64,000 nt of DNA from assembly GCA_963664325.2 (NCBI GenBank), contig CAXXDQ010000005.1, positions 128,001 to 192,000 of the forward strand. The letters are read 5' to 3'. Source of the DNA: Desulfomonilia bacterium. GTDB taxonomy: Bacteria > Desulfobacterota > Desulfomonilia > UBA1062. The position numbers and the translations under genes were made by a program. The notes under the pieces were generated by a model. That model made no database searches and was not told where the DNA came from. It worked only from the letters and a program-made list of their open reading frames with translations. This document shows, one piece after another, positions 9,687 to 20,947 of the stretch (within the stretch, counting starts at the first letter, position 1; each line of letters begins with the position of its first letter).

Positions 9687-11047
9687 GGGGCAGACTGATT
9701 GAAGCTGCTGAAATAACAGGCGGCACACTTCTGGAAGGCAGCCCCGAAACGCCTTTTTCAGGAATATCGACCGACTCAAGAATGGTGACAAAGGGAGAAC
9801 TCTTTATTGCGCTCAAGGGAGAGAATTTTGACGGCCATGACTATGTGGGACAGGCTGTTGACAGGGGAGCGGCGGCGGCTGTTGTCGAAAGAAGAACCGA
9901 TGCCAGGGGTTTGAACCTCATCCTTGTCGGAGATACACTTGCGGCGCTCGGGGAACTGGCTGCGCATAACAGGGCCTCATATAATGCAAAAGTAATCGGA
10001 ATCACCGGTTCTGCAGGCAAAACCACGGTCAAGGAGATGATTGCCTCCATCCTTGCCATAAATGGAAACGTCCTTAAAACCCAGAAAAATTATAACAACC
10101 TCATCGGCGTGCCGATGAGGCTCTTCGACCTGAAAGAAGACCACGATTTTGCGGTTATCGAGATGGGGACGAATGCACCCGGGGAAATAGAGAGACTTGC
10201 CAGGATGGCAAAACCGGACATATCAGTTCTTACAGGTATTATCCCGGCCCACCTCAAAGGACTTGGAAGCATGGAAGGCATCATCAATGAAAAGCAGGCT
10301 ATCTTTGAGCACACCTCAGAAGCCGCGGTGTTTGACCCGAATGGCGAATATACAAAAAATGTTGTTGTGCCAGTAAACCTTGAAAAAGTCACCTTTTCTT
10401 TAAAACAGCCCGCTGACGTTCTCCTTTCAGATATTCACAGAAAGGACCTCTCAGGGACGGTATTTACTGCGATACTAAAAGAGAGAAAAATAAGGATCAG
10501 GGTCGGTCTGCCCGGAATGCACAATGTCCAGAATGCCCTAGCTGCCTGTGCTTGTGCCCTGGCGCTGGGGATTGAACCGGAACAGATACAGGCGGGGATT
10601 GAAAATGCATCCTTCCCCGGGATGCGCTCCGAGATAGTGGTCTCTGATGGCCTTACGATAATAGACGACAGTTATAATGCAAATCCCGGCTCGATGAAGG
10701 CTGCGCTCGATGTCCTGTCTGCTGCGCCGCATTCGGTCAAAATAGCAGTCCTGGGGGACATGCTGGAACTCGGTGATGATGCTCAGTTCTGGCACAAAGA
10801 ACTTGGGAAATGGGCCGCCGAAGCAAAGATCAACCATCTTATCATAACAGGGGAAATGTCCTGGGCGGTTAAAGAAGCTGCCTATAATGCAGGACTTGAT
10901 ATAAGGCAGATCACGGTGGCCGACGATATAGAGGGCATAAAGAACGCCCTTTCGCTGAGGACATTGAAGGACGCTATCATTCTGGTTAAGGCCTCCCGCT
11001 CGCTCAAGCTGGACCGTGTCGTGGCGCATCTCAAGGAGGCGGCCTAA
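9683..11047 (+). CDS. murF: UDP-MurNAc-pentapeptide synthetase
   Basis: GITGSAGKTT, NYNNLIG, DDSYNANP, LGDMLELG. Confidence 0.96.
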   Translation: MRGRLIEAAEITGGTLLEGSPETPFSGISTDSRMVTKGELFIALKGENFDGHDYVGQAVDRGAAAAVVERRTDARGLNLILVGDTLAALGELAAHNRASYNAKVIGITGSAGKTTVKEMIASILAINGNVLKTQKNYNNLIGVPMRLFDLKEDHDFAVIEMGTNAPGEIERLARMAKPDISVLTGIIPAHLKGLGSMEGIINEKQAIFEHTSEAAVFDPNGEYTKNVVVPVNLEKVTFSLKQPADVLLSDIHRKDLSGTVFTAILKERKIRIRVGLPGMHNVQNALAACACALALGIEPEQIQAGIENASFPGMRSEIVVSDGLTIIDDSYNANPGSMKAALDVLSAAPHSVKIAVLGDMLELGDDAQFWHKELGKWAAEAKINHLIITGEMSWAVKEAAYNAGLDIRQITVADDIEGIKNALSLRTLKDAIILVKASRSLKLDRVVAHLKEAA

Positions 11048-12124
11048 ATGCTCTATCATATCCTCTTTCCTCTCCATGTGTACCATTCCGTTTTCAATGT
11101 CTTTAAATACCTTACGTTCAGGAGCATTTACGCGACCATCACGGCGCTGCTGATAGGGCTGCTTCTGGGCCCCTGGTTTATAGAAAGGCTCAGAAGAATG
11201 AGCTTCGGCGAAAGGATAAGCTCCTACACGCCCGGGCACAACAACAAGGCGGGCACCCCGACGATGGGCGGGGTGTTCATCGTATTCACGATCGTCTTTT
11301 CAGCCCTCATGTGGGTTGACCTTTCAAACAAGTTCGTATGGCTGGTCACGTTCATAACAATAGTCTTCGGTTCATTGGGTTTTATAGACGATTACGTAAA
11401 GACCAGGCGGGGCAACATGAAGGGGCTGCCCGGAAAGCTGAGGCTTGCAATCGAATTTGCCGCCGCCGGTTTTGTCGGATATACGCTGACCACCATCCCG
11501 GGTTTCAGCACTATAGTTACCGTGCCTTTTTTTAAAAACGTGCACTTTGACCTGGGCATGTTCTTCATTCCCTTTTCAATGCTGGTTATCGTAGGTGCTG
11601 CAAACGCAGTCAACCTGACAGACGGGCTTGACGGGCTTGCAATAGGGCCGAGCACCATAGCCGCTGCGACTTATCTGCTGTTCGCCTACCTTACGGGCAA
11701 CTTCAAGACCTCCAGCTACCTGCAGATACACTATATACCGGGAGTGGGCGAACTGAGCGTGTTCCTTGGGGCAATGGTGGGCGCCGGCATGGGATTTCTC
11801 TGGTATAACGCCTATCCGGCCCAGGTGTTCATGGGCGATGTCGGCTCCTTGAGCCTGGGCGGCATACTCGGCACCGTCGCAGTAATAACGAAGCAGGAGA
11901 TGCTGCTGGTTGTAGTCGGCGGCATCTTCGTGATGGAAGTAATGTCGGTAATTCTCCAGGTGGGATTCTTCAAGTTCACAAAAGGCAAACGAATATTCCG
12001 CATGGCGCCCATACACCACCACTTCGAGCTCAAGGGATGGCCTGAACCAAAGATTATCGTGAGGTTCTGGATCATTTCCATCCTGCTGGCGATGCTGGCT
12101 ATCTCCACGCTTAAGCTGAGGTAG
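11048..12124 (+). CDS. mraY: Phospho-MurNAc-pentapeptide translocase
   Basis: [35 protein letters not shown]. Confidence 0.97.
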   Translation: MLYHILFPLHVYHSVFNVFKYLTFRSIYATITALLIGLLLGPWFIERLRRMSFGERISSYTPGHNNKAGTPTMGGVFIVFTIVFSALMWVDLSNKFVWLVTFITIVFGSLGFIDDYVKTRRGNMKGLPGKLRLAIEFAAAGFVGYTLTTIPGFSTIVTVPFFKNVHFDLGMFFIPFSMLVIVGAANAVNLTDGLDGLAIGPSTIAAATYLLFAYLTGNFKTSSYLQIHYIPGVGELSVFLGAMVGAGMGFLWYNAYPAQVFMGDVGSLSLGGILGTVAVITKQEMLLVVVGGIFVMEVMSVILQVGFFKFTKGKRIFRMAPIHHHFELKGWPEPKIIVRFWIISILLAMLAISTLKLR

Positions 12125-13417
12125 ATGATGAAGATCCTGGTATGGGGGACTGGTGAAACAGGGGTTGAGTCGGCCAGGGCTATGGCTGCAAGGGGCAATG
12201 AGGTAAGGCTTGTTGACGAAAATGAGCCCGGGCAAGGTCTGATATTCCCTGCGAAAAAGCTTGAAGAGGCTGATATAGAATGGGCCGATCTGGTAATTCC
12301 GAGTCCGGGCATACCGATAGGACACCCTCTGCTTGCAAAGGCAAAAAAGGTGCTCTCCGAAATAGAAGTTGCATATTCGTTGCTCACCGGCAGGCTTATC
12401 GCCGTAACGGGCACGAACGGGAAGACTACCACGGTTACGCTGATACACAGGATATTAAAGGCTGCGGGCTTTGATGCAGGGATTGGCGGAAACATATCAC
12501 CTCCGCTTATAAGCCTTGCTGAAGCGAACCCCGGGTATCTGGTTGCCGAAATAAGCTCTTTCCAGCTCGAGTGGATAGAGAAATTCAGGCCTTCCATCGG
12601 CGTCTGCATGAACATCACGCCGGATCACCTCGACCGCTACAATAATATGGAAGAATATATATATTATAAACTGAGGCTGTTCGAGAACATGTCAGGGGAC
12701 GATATAGCCGTCGTCAACAATGACGACCCGTATAAGGACATGATCAAAACCCCGCGCAGGGCCGGCTTTTCGTTTACGAGGCGAGACATTGAACATGGCG
12801 CATATATTGACGGAGACCGGATTGTCTTTTGCGGGGAGATTGAAGGGAAGGGCCCCAAAGTGCCTGAGGCCGTAAAAGTGGGCCGCGGGACAATAGAGGA
12901 TATGCTTGCCGCGGCAATCGTCACCCGTTACCTTGGCGTTGAACCTGCGTTGATGGAAGACATATTTCTTTCATTCAAGGTTATTCACCACCGGTTCGAA
13001 TATGCCGGGGAATTGGACGGGGTGGTTTTCATCGACGATTCGAAGGCCACCAATGTAGGCGCTATTGACGTTGCGCTTGCAAGCGTCGATAAGAAGGCCG
13101 TCATAATCCTCGGCGGGAAGGACAAGGGAGGGAATTTCGGCGAACTCCTTGCGAAACATTCAGGAAAGCTCAGAAAAGCCGTCCTCATAGGAGAGGCGGC
13201 TTCAAGGATAGCTTCGGAAGCAAAAGGGATCGTGGATTTTGAGAATGCATTATCCATGACTGACGCGGTAGCCAGGTCGTTCGATTCGGCCAAGCCCGGA
13301 GATATAGTGCTGCTTAGTCCGGGCTGTGCGAGCTTTGACATGTTCAAGAGCTATGCACACAGGGGAGAGGTTTTCACAGATTGCGTGAAAATGCTGAAAA
13401 CAAGAATTCGGAACTGA
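12125..13417 (+). CDS. murD: UDP-MurNAc-L-Ala:D-Glu ligase
   Basis: SPGIP, GTNGKTT, EISSFQL, DHLDRY, DDSKATN, SPGCASFD. Confidence 0.96.
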   Translation: MMKILVWGTGETGVESARAMAARGNEVRLVDENEPGQGLIFPAKKLEEADIEWADLVIPSPGIPIGHPLLAKAKKVLSEIEVAYSLLTGRLIAVTGTNGKTTTVTLIHRILKAAGFDAGIGGNISPPLISLAEANPGYLVAEISSFQLEWIEKFRPSIGVCMNITPDHLDRYNNMEEYIYYKLRLFENMSGDDIAVVNNDDPYKDMIKTPRRAGFSFTRRDIEHGAYIDGDRIVFCGEIEGKGPKVPEAVKVGRGTIEDMLAAAIVTRYLGVEPALMEDIFLSFKVIHHRFEYAGELDGVVFIDDSKATNVGAIDVALASVDKKAVIILGGKDKGGNFGELLAKHSGKLRKAVLIGEAASRIASEAKGIVDFENALSMTDAVARSFDSAKPGDIVLLSPGCASFDMFKSYAHRGEVFTDCVKMLKTRIRN

Positions 13418-14505
13418 GCTTCGACGTACCGTTCCTGCTGGCAACGCTGGCGCTTATGGTGGCCGGTACGGTCATGGTTTATTCGGCCAGTTTTTTCCTT
13501 TCAAAGGAGATGTATGGAAACGGCTCGGCGATAATAATGAAAAGACTTTTACACCTTGTCGTCGGCTGCGCCGTAATGACGCTTGCAATGTTCATCGACT
13601 ACCGGAAAGTTTTTACCAGACCTGTCATATACATGCTGCTGATTTCAGGGCTTGTCTCGCTGGTCCTGTGTTTTATCCCCGGTGTGGGCATAACGGCCGG
13701 ACATGCCAAAAGATGGGTTAACATAATAATAATGAGGTATCAGGCATCCGAACTGATGAAAATCGCCATGCTCGTTTACATGTCGTATTTCCTCTCGGCT
13801 AAATCGAAAAACATCGGGGTATTTTCCGTTGGCGTTTTACCCGTTCTCTTCATTTGCTCGATTGCGGCAGGGCTTATACTGATCGAACCTGATTTCGGGA
13901 CAGCCGGTATATTTTTTGTCTGGACCATCATGGTGCTCTTTATTGCCGGCATGAGGTTAAAACACCTTCTGATCCTTGGCGGAGGAATATTGCCTCTGGG
14001 CATACTGTTCATGATTCTCGAACCGTACAGGAGGGCAAGGCTGACCGCGTTTATCAACCCCTGGCAGGACATGCAGGGCACGGGCTATCAGATCATACAG
14101 TCCATGCTTGCCTTTTCCAAAGGCGGTATTTTCGGTGCAGGTCTTGGTGAAGGGGCACAGAAACTGTTCTTCCTGCCCGCGCCGCATACTGATTTCATAA
14201 TGGCCGTCCTCGGCGAGGAGACTGGTTTTGCCGGTGTAGTTGTCATTGTTGCTCTGTTCGGGGTATGGGTATGGAGAGGCCTTACGATCGCCAAGGCGAC
14301 GAACGACCTTTTCGGGTTCTTCCTGGTGGTATCTTCGGTACTTCTTGTAGGACTTCAGGCGGTCATAAACATCGGTGTTGCAATGAGCCTGTTCCCGACA
14401 ACGGGCATACCATTGCCGTTCTTCAGCTTCGGCGGCACGACGCTTGTCTCGACCATGCTTGCCTGCGGCATAATCCTGTCCGTATCAAGAGGTGCCAGGA
14501 CATGA
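13381..14505 (+). CDS. ftsW: SEDS peptidoglycan polymerase FtsW
   Basis: Multi-TM, EPDFGT, GYQIIQS, LPAPHTDFI, LPFFSFGG; start codon uncertain. Confidence 0.93.
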   Translation: MRENAENKNSELSFDVPFLLATLALMVAGTVMVYSASFFLSKEMYGNGSAIIMKRLLHLVVGCAVMTLAMFIDYRKVFTRPVIYMLLISGLVSLVLCFIPGVGITAGHAKRWVNIIIMRYQASELMKIAMLVYMSYFLSAKSKNIGVFSVGVLPVLFICSIAAGLILIEPDFGTAGIFFVWTIMVLFIAGMRLKHLLILGGGILPLGILFMILEPYRRARLTAFINPWQDMQGTGYQIIQSMLAFSKGGIFGAGLGEGAQKLFFLPAPHTDFIMAVLGEETGFAGVVVIVALFGVWVWRGLTIAKATNDLFGFFLVVSSVLLVGLQAVINIGVAMSLFPTTGIPLPFFSFGGTTLVSTMLACGIILSVSRGART

Positions 14506-15566
14506 AACTTGTCATCACGGCAGGCGGCACGGGCGGCCATATAATACCGGCTCTGGCAATTGCGCAGGCGCTGCTTGAAAAGAGGCCGGATTCAGATGTC
14601 CTGTTTATCGGTACCGATCGCGGGCTTGAAGAAAGGCTTGCGGCAAAATACAATATACGGTTTGTGCCGCTGAAAGCAGCCGGGATCAAGGGGAAATCCT
14701 TCAGAAATATCCTTTCTGCCGTTGCCATCAATATCGCTGCATTTATAAGCGCCTTTAAGATCGTTTCCAGGTTTAAACCGGACTGGATTATAGGTACGGG
14801 AGGTTATGTAACGGGGATGGTCGTTCTGGCAGGAAGCCTGTCGGGTGCCTGCTGTGCAATACAGGAACAGAACAGTGTGCCGGGTCTCACGAACAGGATC
14901 CTTGCACGATTCTCCGACCGGATATTCCTTTCTTTCCCGGATGCCGCTGACTTATTTCCGGCCGGGAAGACTGTTGTGACGGGCAACCCCCTGCGTAAAG
15001 AGTTCCAGCCGGCTGACGGTAAAGAAAAGAGGACGCTTATGATTATGGGCGGAAGTCTTGGTGCAACAAGCATAAACAAGACAGCCGTGAAGGCCCTCGA
15101 GATTATTAGAAGCAGGCTGAACGGCCTTGAAATCATACACCAGACAGGCCGTGCCGATGCGGGCTGGGTGAAAAAGGCCTATGAGGAAAAGAATATAAAG
15201 GTAAAGGTTGAGCCGTTTATCGAGGATATGGCCTCGGTTTTTGCAAAGACGAAACTTGCGGTATGCAGGGCGGGCGGGATAACACTTTCGGAACTGTCAC
15301 GCATGGGAGTGCCGGCGATAATGGTGCCGCTTCCAAGTGCAGCGGACAACCACCAGTATTTCAATGCGCTTTATATAGAAAATGCAGGAGGCGGATGGAT
15401 ATTTAACGAGGACAGGCTTGCACCTGAGACTCTCTCGGCGGAGATTCTTAAAAGGCTGACGGACGAGCAGGCCCTTTCTGCTGCTTCATCAGCCATTAAG
15501 CGGCTGGGACTCGGCAACGGGACAGAGCATATAACTAAGGAGCTGATAAAGTGTTCAGGGGGATAA
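14502..15566 (+). CDS. murG: MurG GlcNAc transferase
   Basis: Start reassigned to ATG 14502 (overlaps ftsW stop); GGTGGHI, GGYV, EQN, GNP, GGSLG. Confidence 0.95.
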   Translation: MKLVITAGGTGGHIIPALAIAQALLEKRPDSDVLFIGTDRGLEERLAAKYNIRFVPLKAAGIKGKSFRNILSAVAINIAAFISAFKIVSRFKPDWIIGTGGYVTGMVVLAGSLSGACCAIQEQNSVPGLTNRILARFSDRIFLSFPDAADLFPAGKTVVTGNPLRKEFQPADGKEKRTLMIMGGSLGATSINKTAVKALEIIRSRLNGLEIIHQTGRADAGWVKKAYEEKNIKVKVEPFIEDMASVFAKTKLAVCRAGGITLSELSRMGVPAIMVPLPSAADNHQYFNALYIENAGGGWIFNEDRLAPETLSAEILKRLTDEQALSAASSAIKRLGLGNGTEHITKELIKCSGG

Positions 15567-16933
15567 AAAGAATTCATTTTGTGGGTATTGGCGGGATCGG
15601 CATGAGCGGTATTGCGGAACTGCTTCTCAACCTCGGGTTCAAGGTTTCAGGGTCTGATGTCGCATCTTCGGAGACTGTCGAAAGACTCATAGCAATGGGG
15701 GCCAGGATTAACATAGGCCACAAAGCTGAGAATCTCGGCGACGCGCAGGTTGTGGTTTTCTCATCGGCTGTTGCAGCGGACAATACTGAATGCCAGCTGG
15801 CAAGAGACAGGGCAATACCGGTAATTCCCAGGGCCGAAATGCTCTCGGAGCTGATGAGGATGAAATATTCCATTGCCATAGCAGGTACCCATGGCAAGAC
15901 GACCACTACCTCCATGCTTGCGACGATCCTGTCACGGGCGGGACTTGATCCGACCGCCATTATCGGCGGGAAGGTGGATATATTCAATTCGAATGCAAAA
16001 CTGGGTGACGGTGATCTGCTGGTCGCTGAAGCGGACGAGAGCGACAGGTCCTTCTTGAAGCTTGCGCCAATAATCGCTGTTGTCACGAATATCGAGGAAG
16101 AGCATATGGACTGCTACAGCGACCTTGACGACATCAGAGAGACCTTCATAGAGTTTCTGAACAAGGTGCCTTTCTACGGATTCAACATGGTCTGCCTGGA
16201 TGACAAAAATATCCAGAATATCCTGCCCAGACTTGAAAGAAAAGTCATTACATACGGCTCGCATACGCAGGCGATGTACCGCTTCAAGGAAGCCAGTTTC
16301 AGTGGTTTCAGCTCAACATTCAAGGCCCACAAAAACGGCACGTTTCTAAGCGATATCACCTTGAAGGTTCCGGGTGTGCATAACTGCATGAATGCGATGG
16401 CGTCCATTGCCACGGCGATGGAGCTGGGTGTCGATATAAAAGTGATCAGGGAGGCTCTGGAGACCTTCAGCGGGGTACAGAGAAGGTGTCATGTCAGGGG
16501 CGAAGCGGGCGGGATTACGGTCATGGACGATTACGGCCATCATCCGACAGAGATCCGGATGACTCTAAAGGCATTAAAGAACGGATTTCCCGATAAGAGG
16601 ATCATCGCCGTATTCCAGCCCCACAGGTACACGAGGACAAGGGATCTGTTCGATAATTTCATCACCGCTTTTTATGATGCGTCGGTTCTGTACATCACGC
16701 CGATTTACCCGGCCTCGGAAGAGCCGATAACGGGTGTTACAGGTCAGAGGCTTTACGAAGAGGTAAAAGAGCATGGCCACAGGCATGCCTATTATATCGA
16801 GGATAAGGATATGATTCCCGGGATACTCGGGAATGAGCTGAAAAGGGGTGATCTGGTCGTTTTCCTGGGTGCAGGGGATGTCTGGAGACAGGGGCCCAAG
16901 CTGCTGGGGATATTGAATAATGAAAACAAGTGA
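15551..16933 (+). CDS. murC: UDP-MurNAc:L-Ala ligase
   Basis: GIGGIGMSG, GTHGKTTT, EADESD, DDYGHHPTE, FQPHRY. Confidence 0.97.
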   Translation: MFRGIKRIHFVGIGGIGMSGIAELLLNLGFKVSGSDVASSETVERLIAMGARINIGHKAENLGDAQVVVFSSAVAADNTECQLARDRAIPVIPRAEMLSELMRMKYSIAIAGTHGKTTTTSMLATILSRAGLDPTAIIGGKVDIFNSNAKLGDGDLLVAEADESDRSFLKLAPIIAVVTNIEEEHMDCYSDLDDIRETFIEFLNKVPFYGFNMVCLDDKNIQNILPRLERKVITYGSHTQAMYRFKEASFSGFSSTFKAHKNGTFLSDITLKVPGVHNCMNAMASIATAMELGVDIKVIREALETFSGVQRRCHVRGEAGGITVMDDYGHHPTEIRMTLKALKNGFPDKRIIAVFQPHRYTRTRDLFDNFITAFYDASVLYITPIYPASEEPITGVTGQRLYEEVKEHGHRHAYYIEDKDMIPGILGNELKRGDLVVFLGAGDVWRQGPKLLGILNNENK

Positions 16934-17756
16934 CGCGCAGGCGACAGACCTTACTTCGATGCGGTGCGGGGGACGTATCGCACAGCTTATTACTGCCGAA
17001 AATCTGGGTGAACTCCAGCGGCTTCTGGCCGGACTTAACGAATATATTATCCTGGGCGGAGGATATAACACGATTTTTTCCGACGGCCTTACGCTTACAC
17101 CCGTCATAAGGCTTGGAGAAGCCTTTGAGGGGGTGGACGCAGACGGGTCCGGAATGCTTTACGCCGGCGGCGGTGCTAGCATTGCCTCAATTATTACGGT
17201 ATGCAAAGAAAAGGGCCTGTCCGGGATGGAGTTCATGGCGGGAATTCCGGGGACCCTCGGCGGAGCGATCAGGATGAATGCCGGGACCAACGATAAAGGC
17301 ATCATGTGTGTCTTATCGTTTATCGATCTGATGGACGCCTCCGGTTCAAGAAGGATGGAAAAAGCCGATATCAACTACGGCTACAGGCACACGGAACTGC
17401 CCTCGAAGTCGGTGATCACCGGCGCCGGATTATCCCTTGAGATTACATCGCCCGATGATGTCAGGGCAAAGGTATCATCCTTTCTGGACAAGCGCAGGAA
17501 TCAGCCGAAGGGACTTTCAAGCGGGTGCATATTCAAGAATCCGGAAGGTTCTTCAGCCGGTTATCTTATAGACAGGGCGGGTCTCAAGGGATGCCGTGTG
17601 GGCGGCGCCGTTATTTCGGATGTACATGCCAATTTCATAATTAACGACGGCAGCGCCTCATCATCGGATATTCTGGAACTCATAGAAATTATCAAGGATG
17701 AGGTAAAAAAACAGTTCTCGGTGGAATTGAAAGAGGAGGTTATAATCCTTGCTTAA
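16920..17756 (+). CDS. murB: UDP-N-acetylenolpyruvoylglucosamine reductase
   Basis: GIPGTLGGAIRMNAG, SGCIFKNP, HANFIIN. Confidence 0.94.
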   Translation: MKTSDAQATDLTSMRCGGRIAQLITAENLGELQRLLAGLNEYIILGGGYNTIFSDGLTLTPVIRLGEAFEGVDADGSGMLYAGGGASIASIITVCKEKGLSGMEFMAGIPGTLGGAIRMNAGTNDKGIMCVLSFIDLMDASGSRRMEKADINYGYRHTELPSKSVITGAGLSLEITSPDDVRAKVSSFLDKRRNQPKGLSSGCIFKNPEGSSAGYLIDRAGLKGCRVGGAVISDVHANFIINDGSASSSDILELIEIIKDEVKKQFSVELKEEVIILA

Positions 17757-18552
17757 GGACTACAGGGACAGGTTCCGCGTTAAATCATCAAAAAAGAAAG
17801 TCTTCAGGATCAATACCTTTCTGAGGGTGTTCATCTGGTCGAGCCTGGGACTGTCCTGTGCCATACTGATATTCTGCGCCGTTGCATATATCTCCAGCAG
17901 CAAGATTTTCAACATAAAGAATATTACGATCAGGGGGTGTTCATATCTAAGGCAGGAGGAGATACTGGCGCTGCTTGACATCGAAAAGGGCGATGGAATT
18001 TTCAAGGCCGACCTTGCCGCAGCAAGGAACAGGCTGAAGGAGCATCCATGGATTGAGGACCTGACGATCTCTAGAAGATTACTGCCTGCCACGGTTGTCG
18101 TTACGGTAAAGGAACAGGTGCCTGCAGCTGCAATAAACATAAATGAAAAATGGTATGTGGCAAACTCTAAAGGAAAAATATTTGCCCCATTGCCAAAGGG
18201 GTTTAACGGTCTTATCATAAGGTCAGTTGGTTATGTTCCAAGCGCTAACGAAATGGGTGAAATCCTTACGAGGTGCATGGCCGCAAACAGGCTTCTGGCC
18301 TCAAAAAAATTAAATATTGAAAGTATAGAAATTGAGTCGTGTAAACGGATGACAATAAGACTTAAAACAGGTATAGGTATAACAACCTTGGGAGAGATAA
18401 CTCCGGCCAAACTAGATACCGCTCTGTATGTCATACAGGAAGTCGGGCCGAACCCTGGGACCATGCTTGATTTAAGCTGTGAAGACAAGATTGTTTTGCA
18501 TAACCCCCCCAAGGAGGAGGAGTTTAAAACGAGTGGCGGCCAAAAGGGATAG
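17749..18552 (+). CDS. ftsQ: Cell division protein FtsQ/DivIB
   Basis: TM plus POTRA domain (HPWIE...RRLLP..V.V.VKE); upstream of ftsA. Confidence 0.85.
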   Translation: MLKDYRDRFRVKSSKKKVFRINTFLRVFIWSSLGLSCAILIFCAVAYISSSKIFNIKNITIRGCSYLRQEEILALLDIEKGDGIFKADLAAARNRLKEHPWIEDLTISRRLLPATVVVTVKEQVPAAAININEKWYVANSKGKIFAPLPKGFNGLIIRSVGYVPSANEMGEILTRCMAANRLLASKKLNIESIEIESCKRMTIRLKTGIGITTLGEITPAKLDTALYVIQEVGPNPGTMLDLSCEDKIVLHNPPKEEEFKTSGGQKG

Positions 18553-19759
18553 AATTATAGTTGGTCTTGATATTGGGACGACAAAGATATGCTGTCTCAT
18601 TACAGAGCGGAGGGAAAGCTCGCTGGAAGTGACAGGTTTCGGACAGTCGGAATCGATGGGACTGAGAAGGGGCCTTGTCGTCAACATGGAACAGACAGTG
18701 GAGGCCATACGCCGGGCCGTTGAAGATGCGGAGAAAATGGCGGGTATCAGGATCGACGATGTCTATACGGGCATTGCAGGCGGCCATATCCAGGGGATCA
18801 GCACAAACGGTGTCATTGCGATCAAGGGAGAGGAAATAACCGAAACAGACAAGAAACGCGTGGTGGACCAGGCAAAGGATTTTGCAAAACCTGTAGGCGT
18901 CGAGATAATACATGTACTTCCCCAGGAGTTTACGGTTGATGATATTCCAGGCGTAACGGATCCCGTCGGAATGGCCGGCACGAGGCTTGAGGCAAAGGTT
19001 CATATTGTCACCGGGTCTGTCTCCGCAGTCAGCAATATCTCAAAATGCGCACAGAAAGCCGGGCTCGGGCTGCATGACATAGTACTTCAGCAGATCGCAT
19101 CCGCCCAGGCCGTTCTGACACCTGACGAACGCAAACTGGGAGTTGTACTGATGGATATAGGCGGCGGGACAACCGACATAGCCATATTCAATGACGGTGC
19201 AATCAGGCATACGGCCGTCATCCCGCTTGGCGGCGATCATGTTACAAATGACATCGCCGTCGGATTAAGGACTCCCATTGCTGAGGCGGAAAGGATTAAG
19301 ATAAAATACGGTCATGCCATTTCATCAAAAGTACCCCAGGATGAGCATATAGAGGTTCCGTCCATAGGGGGTGACACTGTCAATAATATACCCAGAAGGC
19401 ATCTGTGCGAAATTATTGAGGACAGAATGGTCGAGTTCATGAAAATAGCCTATACCGAAGTGAGAAATACGGGGCTTGCGGAAGACATGCACGCAGGGCT
19501 TGTCATTACGGGAGGCGCCAGCTGTCTTGAAGGGCTTGCACAGCTTGCCGAGGGCATAATGCATATGCCGGTTCGCATCGGAAAGCCAAGAGGGGCGAAA
19601 GGCCTTGCCGAACTTGTTGACAATCCTGCTTATGCAACGGTTGTAGGACTGTGCCTTTACGGAACAGAAAGCCCGGCTTTTTCAGGAGGGTTTTCAGGTG
19701 AAGGCATCTTCGAAAAGATTTGGGAAAGGATGATCCGCTGGTTCAAAGAGGTTTTTTAA
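18533..19759 (+). CDS. ftsA: Cell division protein FtsA
   Basis: GLDIGTTK, DIGGGTTD, VITGG; probable GTG start at 18533. Confidence 0.95.
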   Translation: MAAKRDRIIVGLDIGTTKICCLITERRESSLEVTGFGQSESMGLRRGLVVNMEQTVEAIRRAVEDAEKMAGIRIDDVYTGIAGGHIQGISTNGVIAIKGEEITETDKKRVVDQAKDFAKPVGVEIIHVLPQEFTVDDIPGVTDPVGMAGTRLEAKVHIVTGSVSAVSNISKCAQKAGLGLHDIVLQQIASAQAVLTPDERKLGVVLMDIGGGTTDIAIFNDGAIRHTAVIPLGGDHVTNDIAVGLRTPIAEAERIKIKYGHAISSKVPQDEHIEVPSIGGDTVNNIPRRHLCEIIEDRMVEFMKIAYTEVRNTGLAEDMHAGLVITGGASCLEGLAQLAEGIMHMPVRIGKPRGAKGLAELVDNPAYATVVGLCLYGTESPAFSGGFSGEGIFEKIWERMIRWFKEVF

Positions 19760-19776
19760 ATAAATAAGGAGGAGAT

Positions 19777-20940
19777 ATGTTCGTATTGGAAGAAGTCGAG
19801 CAGTCTGGGGCTAGGATCAAGGTCATAGGTGTGGGTGGCTGCGGATGCAACGCGGTAAACAACATGATCGACAGTAACATCAAGGGTGTTGAATTTCTGG
19901 CTTGTAATACGGACTCCCAGACACTCAAAAAATCCCTGTCAGCAAACCGGGTTCAAATCGGCTCGAAGCTCCTTAAAGGCATGGGGGCCGGGGGAAATCC
20001 TGATACCGGGAAAAGTGCGGCAAGTGAGAGTGAAGATGAAATCAGGGAAGCCCTTAAAGGTGCAGATATGGTTTTTATTGCGACAGGACTCGGCGGCGGC
20101 ACAGGGACAGGGGCATCGCCTACAGTTGCCAGAATAGCCCGCGAAATGGGGGCGCTGACCGTTGCTGTTGCTACAAAACCTTTTGAATTTGAAGGACCGC
20201 GCAAGATGAAGCTGGCCCTTTCAGGCGAAAAGGACCTCTCCGAAAATGTCGATGCAATTATTACAATCCCCAACAACAGGCTTCTCGGACTTGATGCAAA
20301 GGGTGTCCCGATTATGGAGGCATTCAGGAAGTCTGATGAGATTTTAACCAATGCGGTAAAGGGCATATCCGACCTTATAAATACGACCGGTGTAGTCAAT
20401 GTGGATTTCAACGATGTCAAATCCGTCATGTGCGAAAAGGGCAAGGCCCTTATGGGGATCGGTTCGGCATCCGGAGAAAACAGGGCGGCAGAGGCTGCAA
20501 ATCTGGCCATATCAAGCCCCTTGCTGGAAGATGTGGATATTTCGGGGGCGAAAGGGATACTTCTCAACATTACAGGTGACCCTACGGTTACAATAAGGGA
20601 AATCAACGAGGCGTCAAAGATAATACAGGCATATGCGCATGAGGATGCAAACATCATCTGGGGATTTGTCGTTGATGAGGATATGGCCGATGAGTTCAAT
20701 CTTATGGTCATTGCAACCGGGTATGCGAACAAGACGGCTATAAAGATGAAGGATGACAGGGAAGTCGACAACGTGAGGGTTCTTCAGCCCAGGGTAATCG
20801 ACTATAACACACCGACCTATATCAGGAACAAGGAGAAGAAGGAAAAGGAAGTCATAAAAATGGGTATGGTTGTTGATGATACCATGGTTGATATGGAAGC
20901 ATACAACATACCCACTTTTCTGAGGAAGAAAGCAGACTAG
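19777..20940 (+). CDS. ftsZ: Cell division protein FtsZ
   Basis: GGGTGTG tubulin signature, NVDFNDV, C-terminal IPTFLRKKAD. Confidence 0.98.
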   Translation: MFVLEEVEQSGARIKVIGVGGCGCNAVNNMIDSNIKGVEFLACNTDSQTLKKSLSANRVQIGSKLLKGMGAGGNPDTGKSAASESEDEIREALKGADMVFIATGLGGGTGTGASPTVARIAREMGALTVAVATKPFEFEGPRKMKLALSGEKDLSENVDAIITIPNNRLLGLDAKGVPIMEAFRKSDEILTNAVKGISDLINTTGVVNVDFNDVKSVMCEKGKALMGIGSASGENRAAEAANLAISSPLLEDVDISGAKGILLNITGDPTVTIREINEASKIIQAYAHEDANIIWGFVVDEDMADEFNLMVIATGYANKTAIKMKDDREVDNVRVLQPRVIDYNTPTYIRNKEKKEKEVIKMGMVVDDTMVDMEAYNIPTFLRKKAD

Positions 20941-20947
20941 GAGAGGT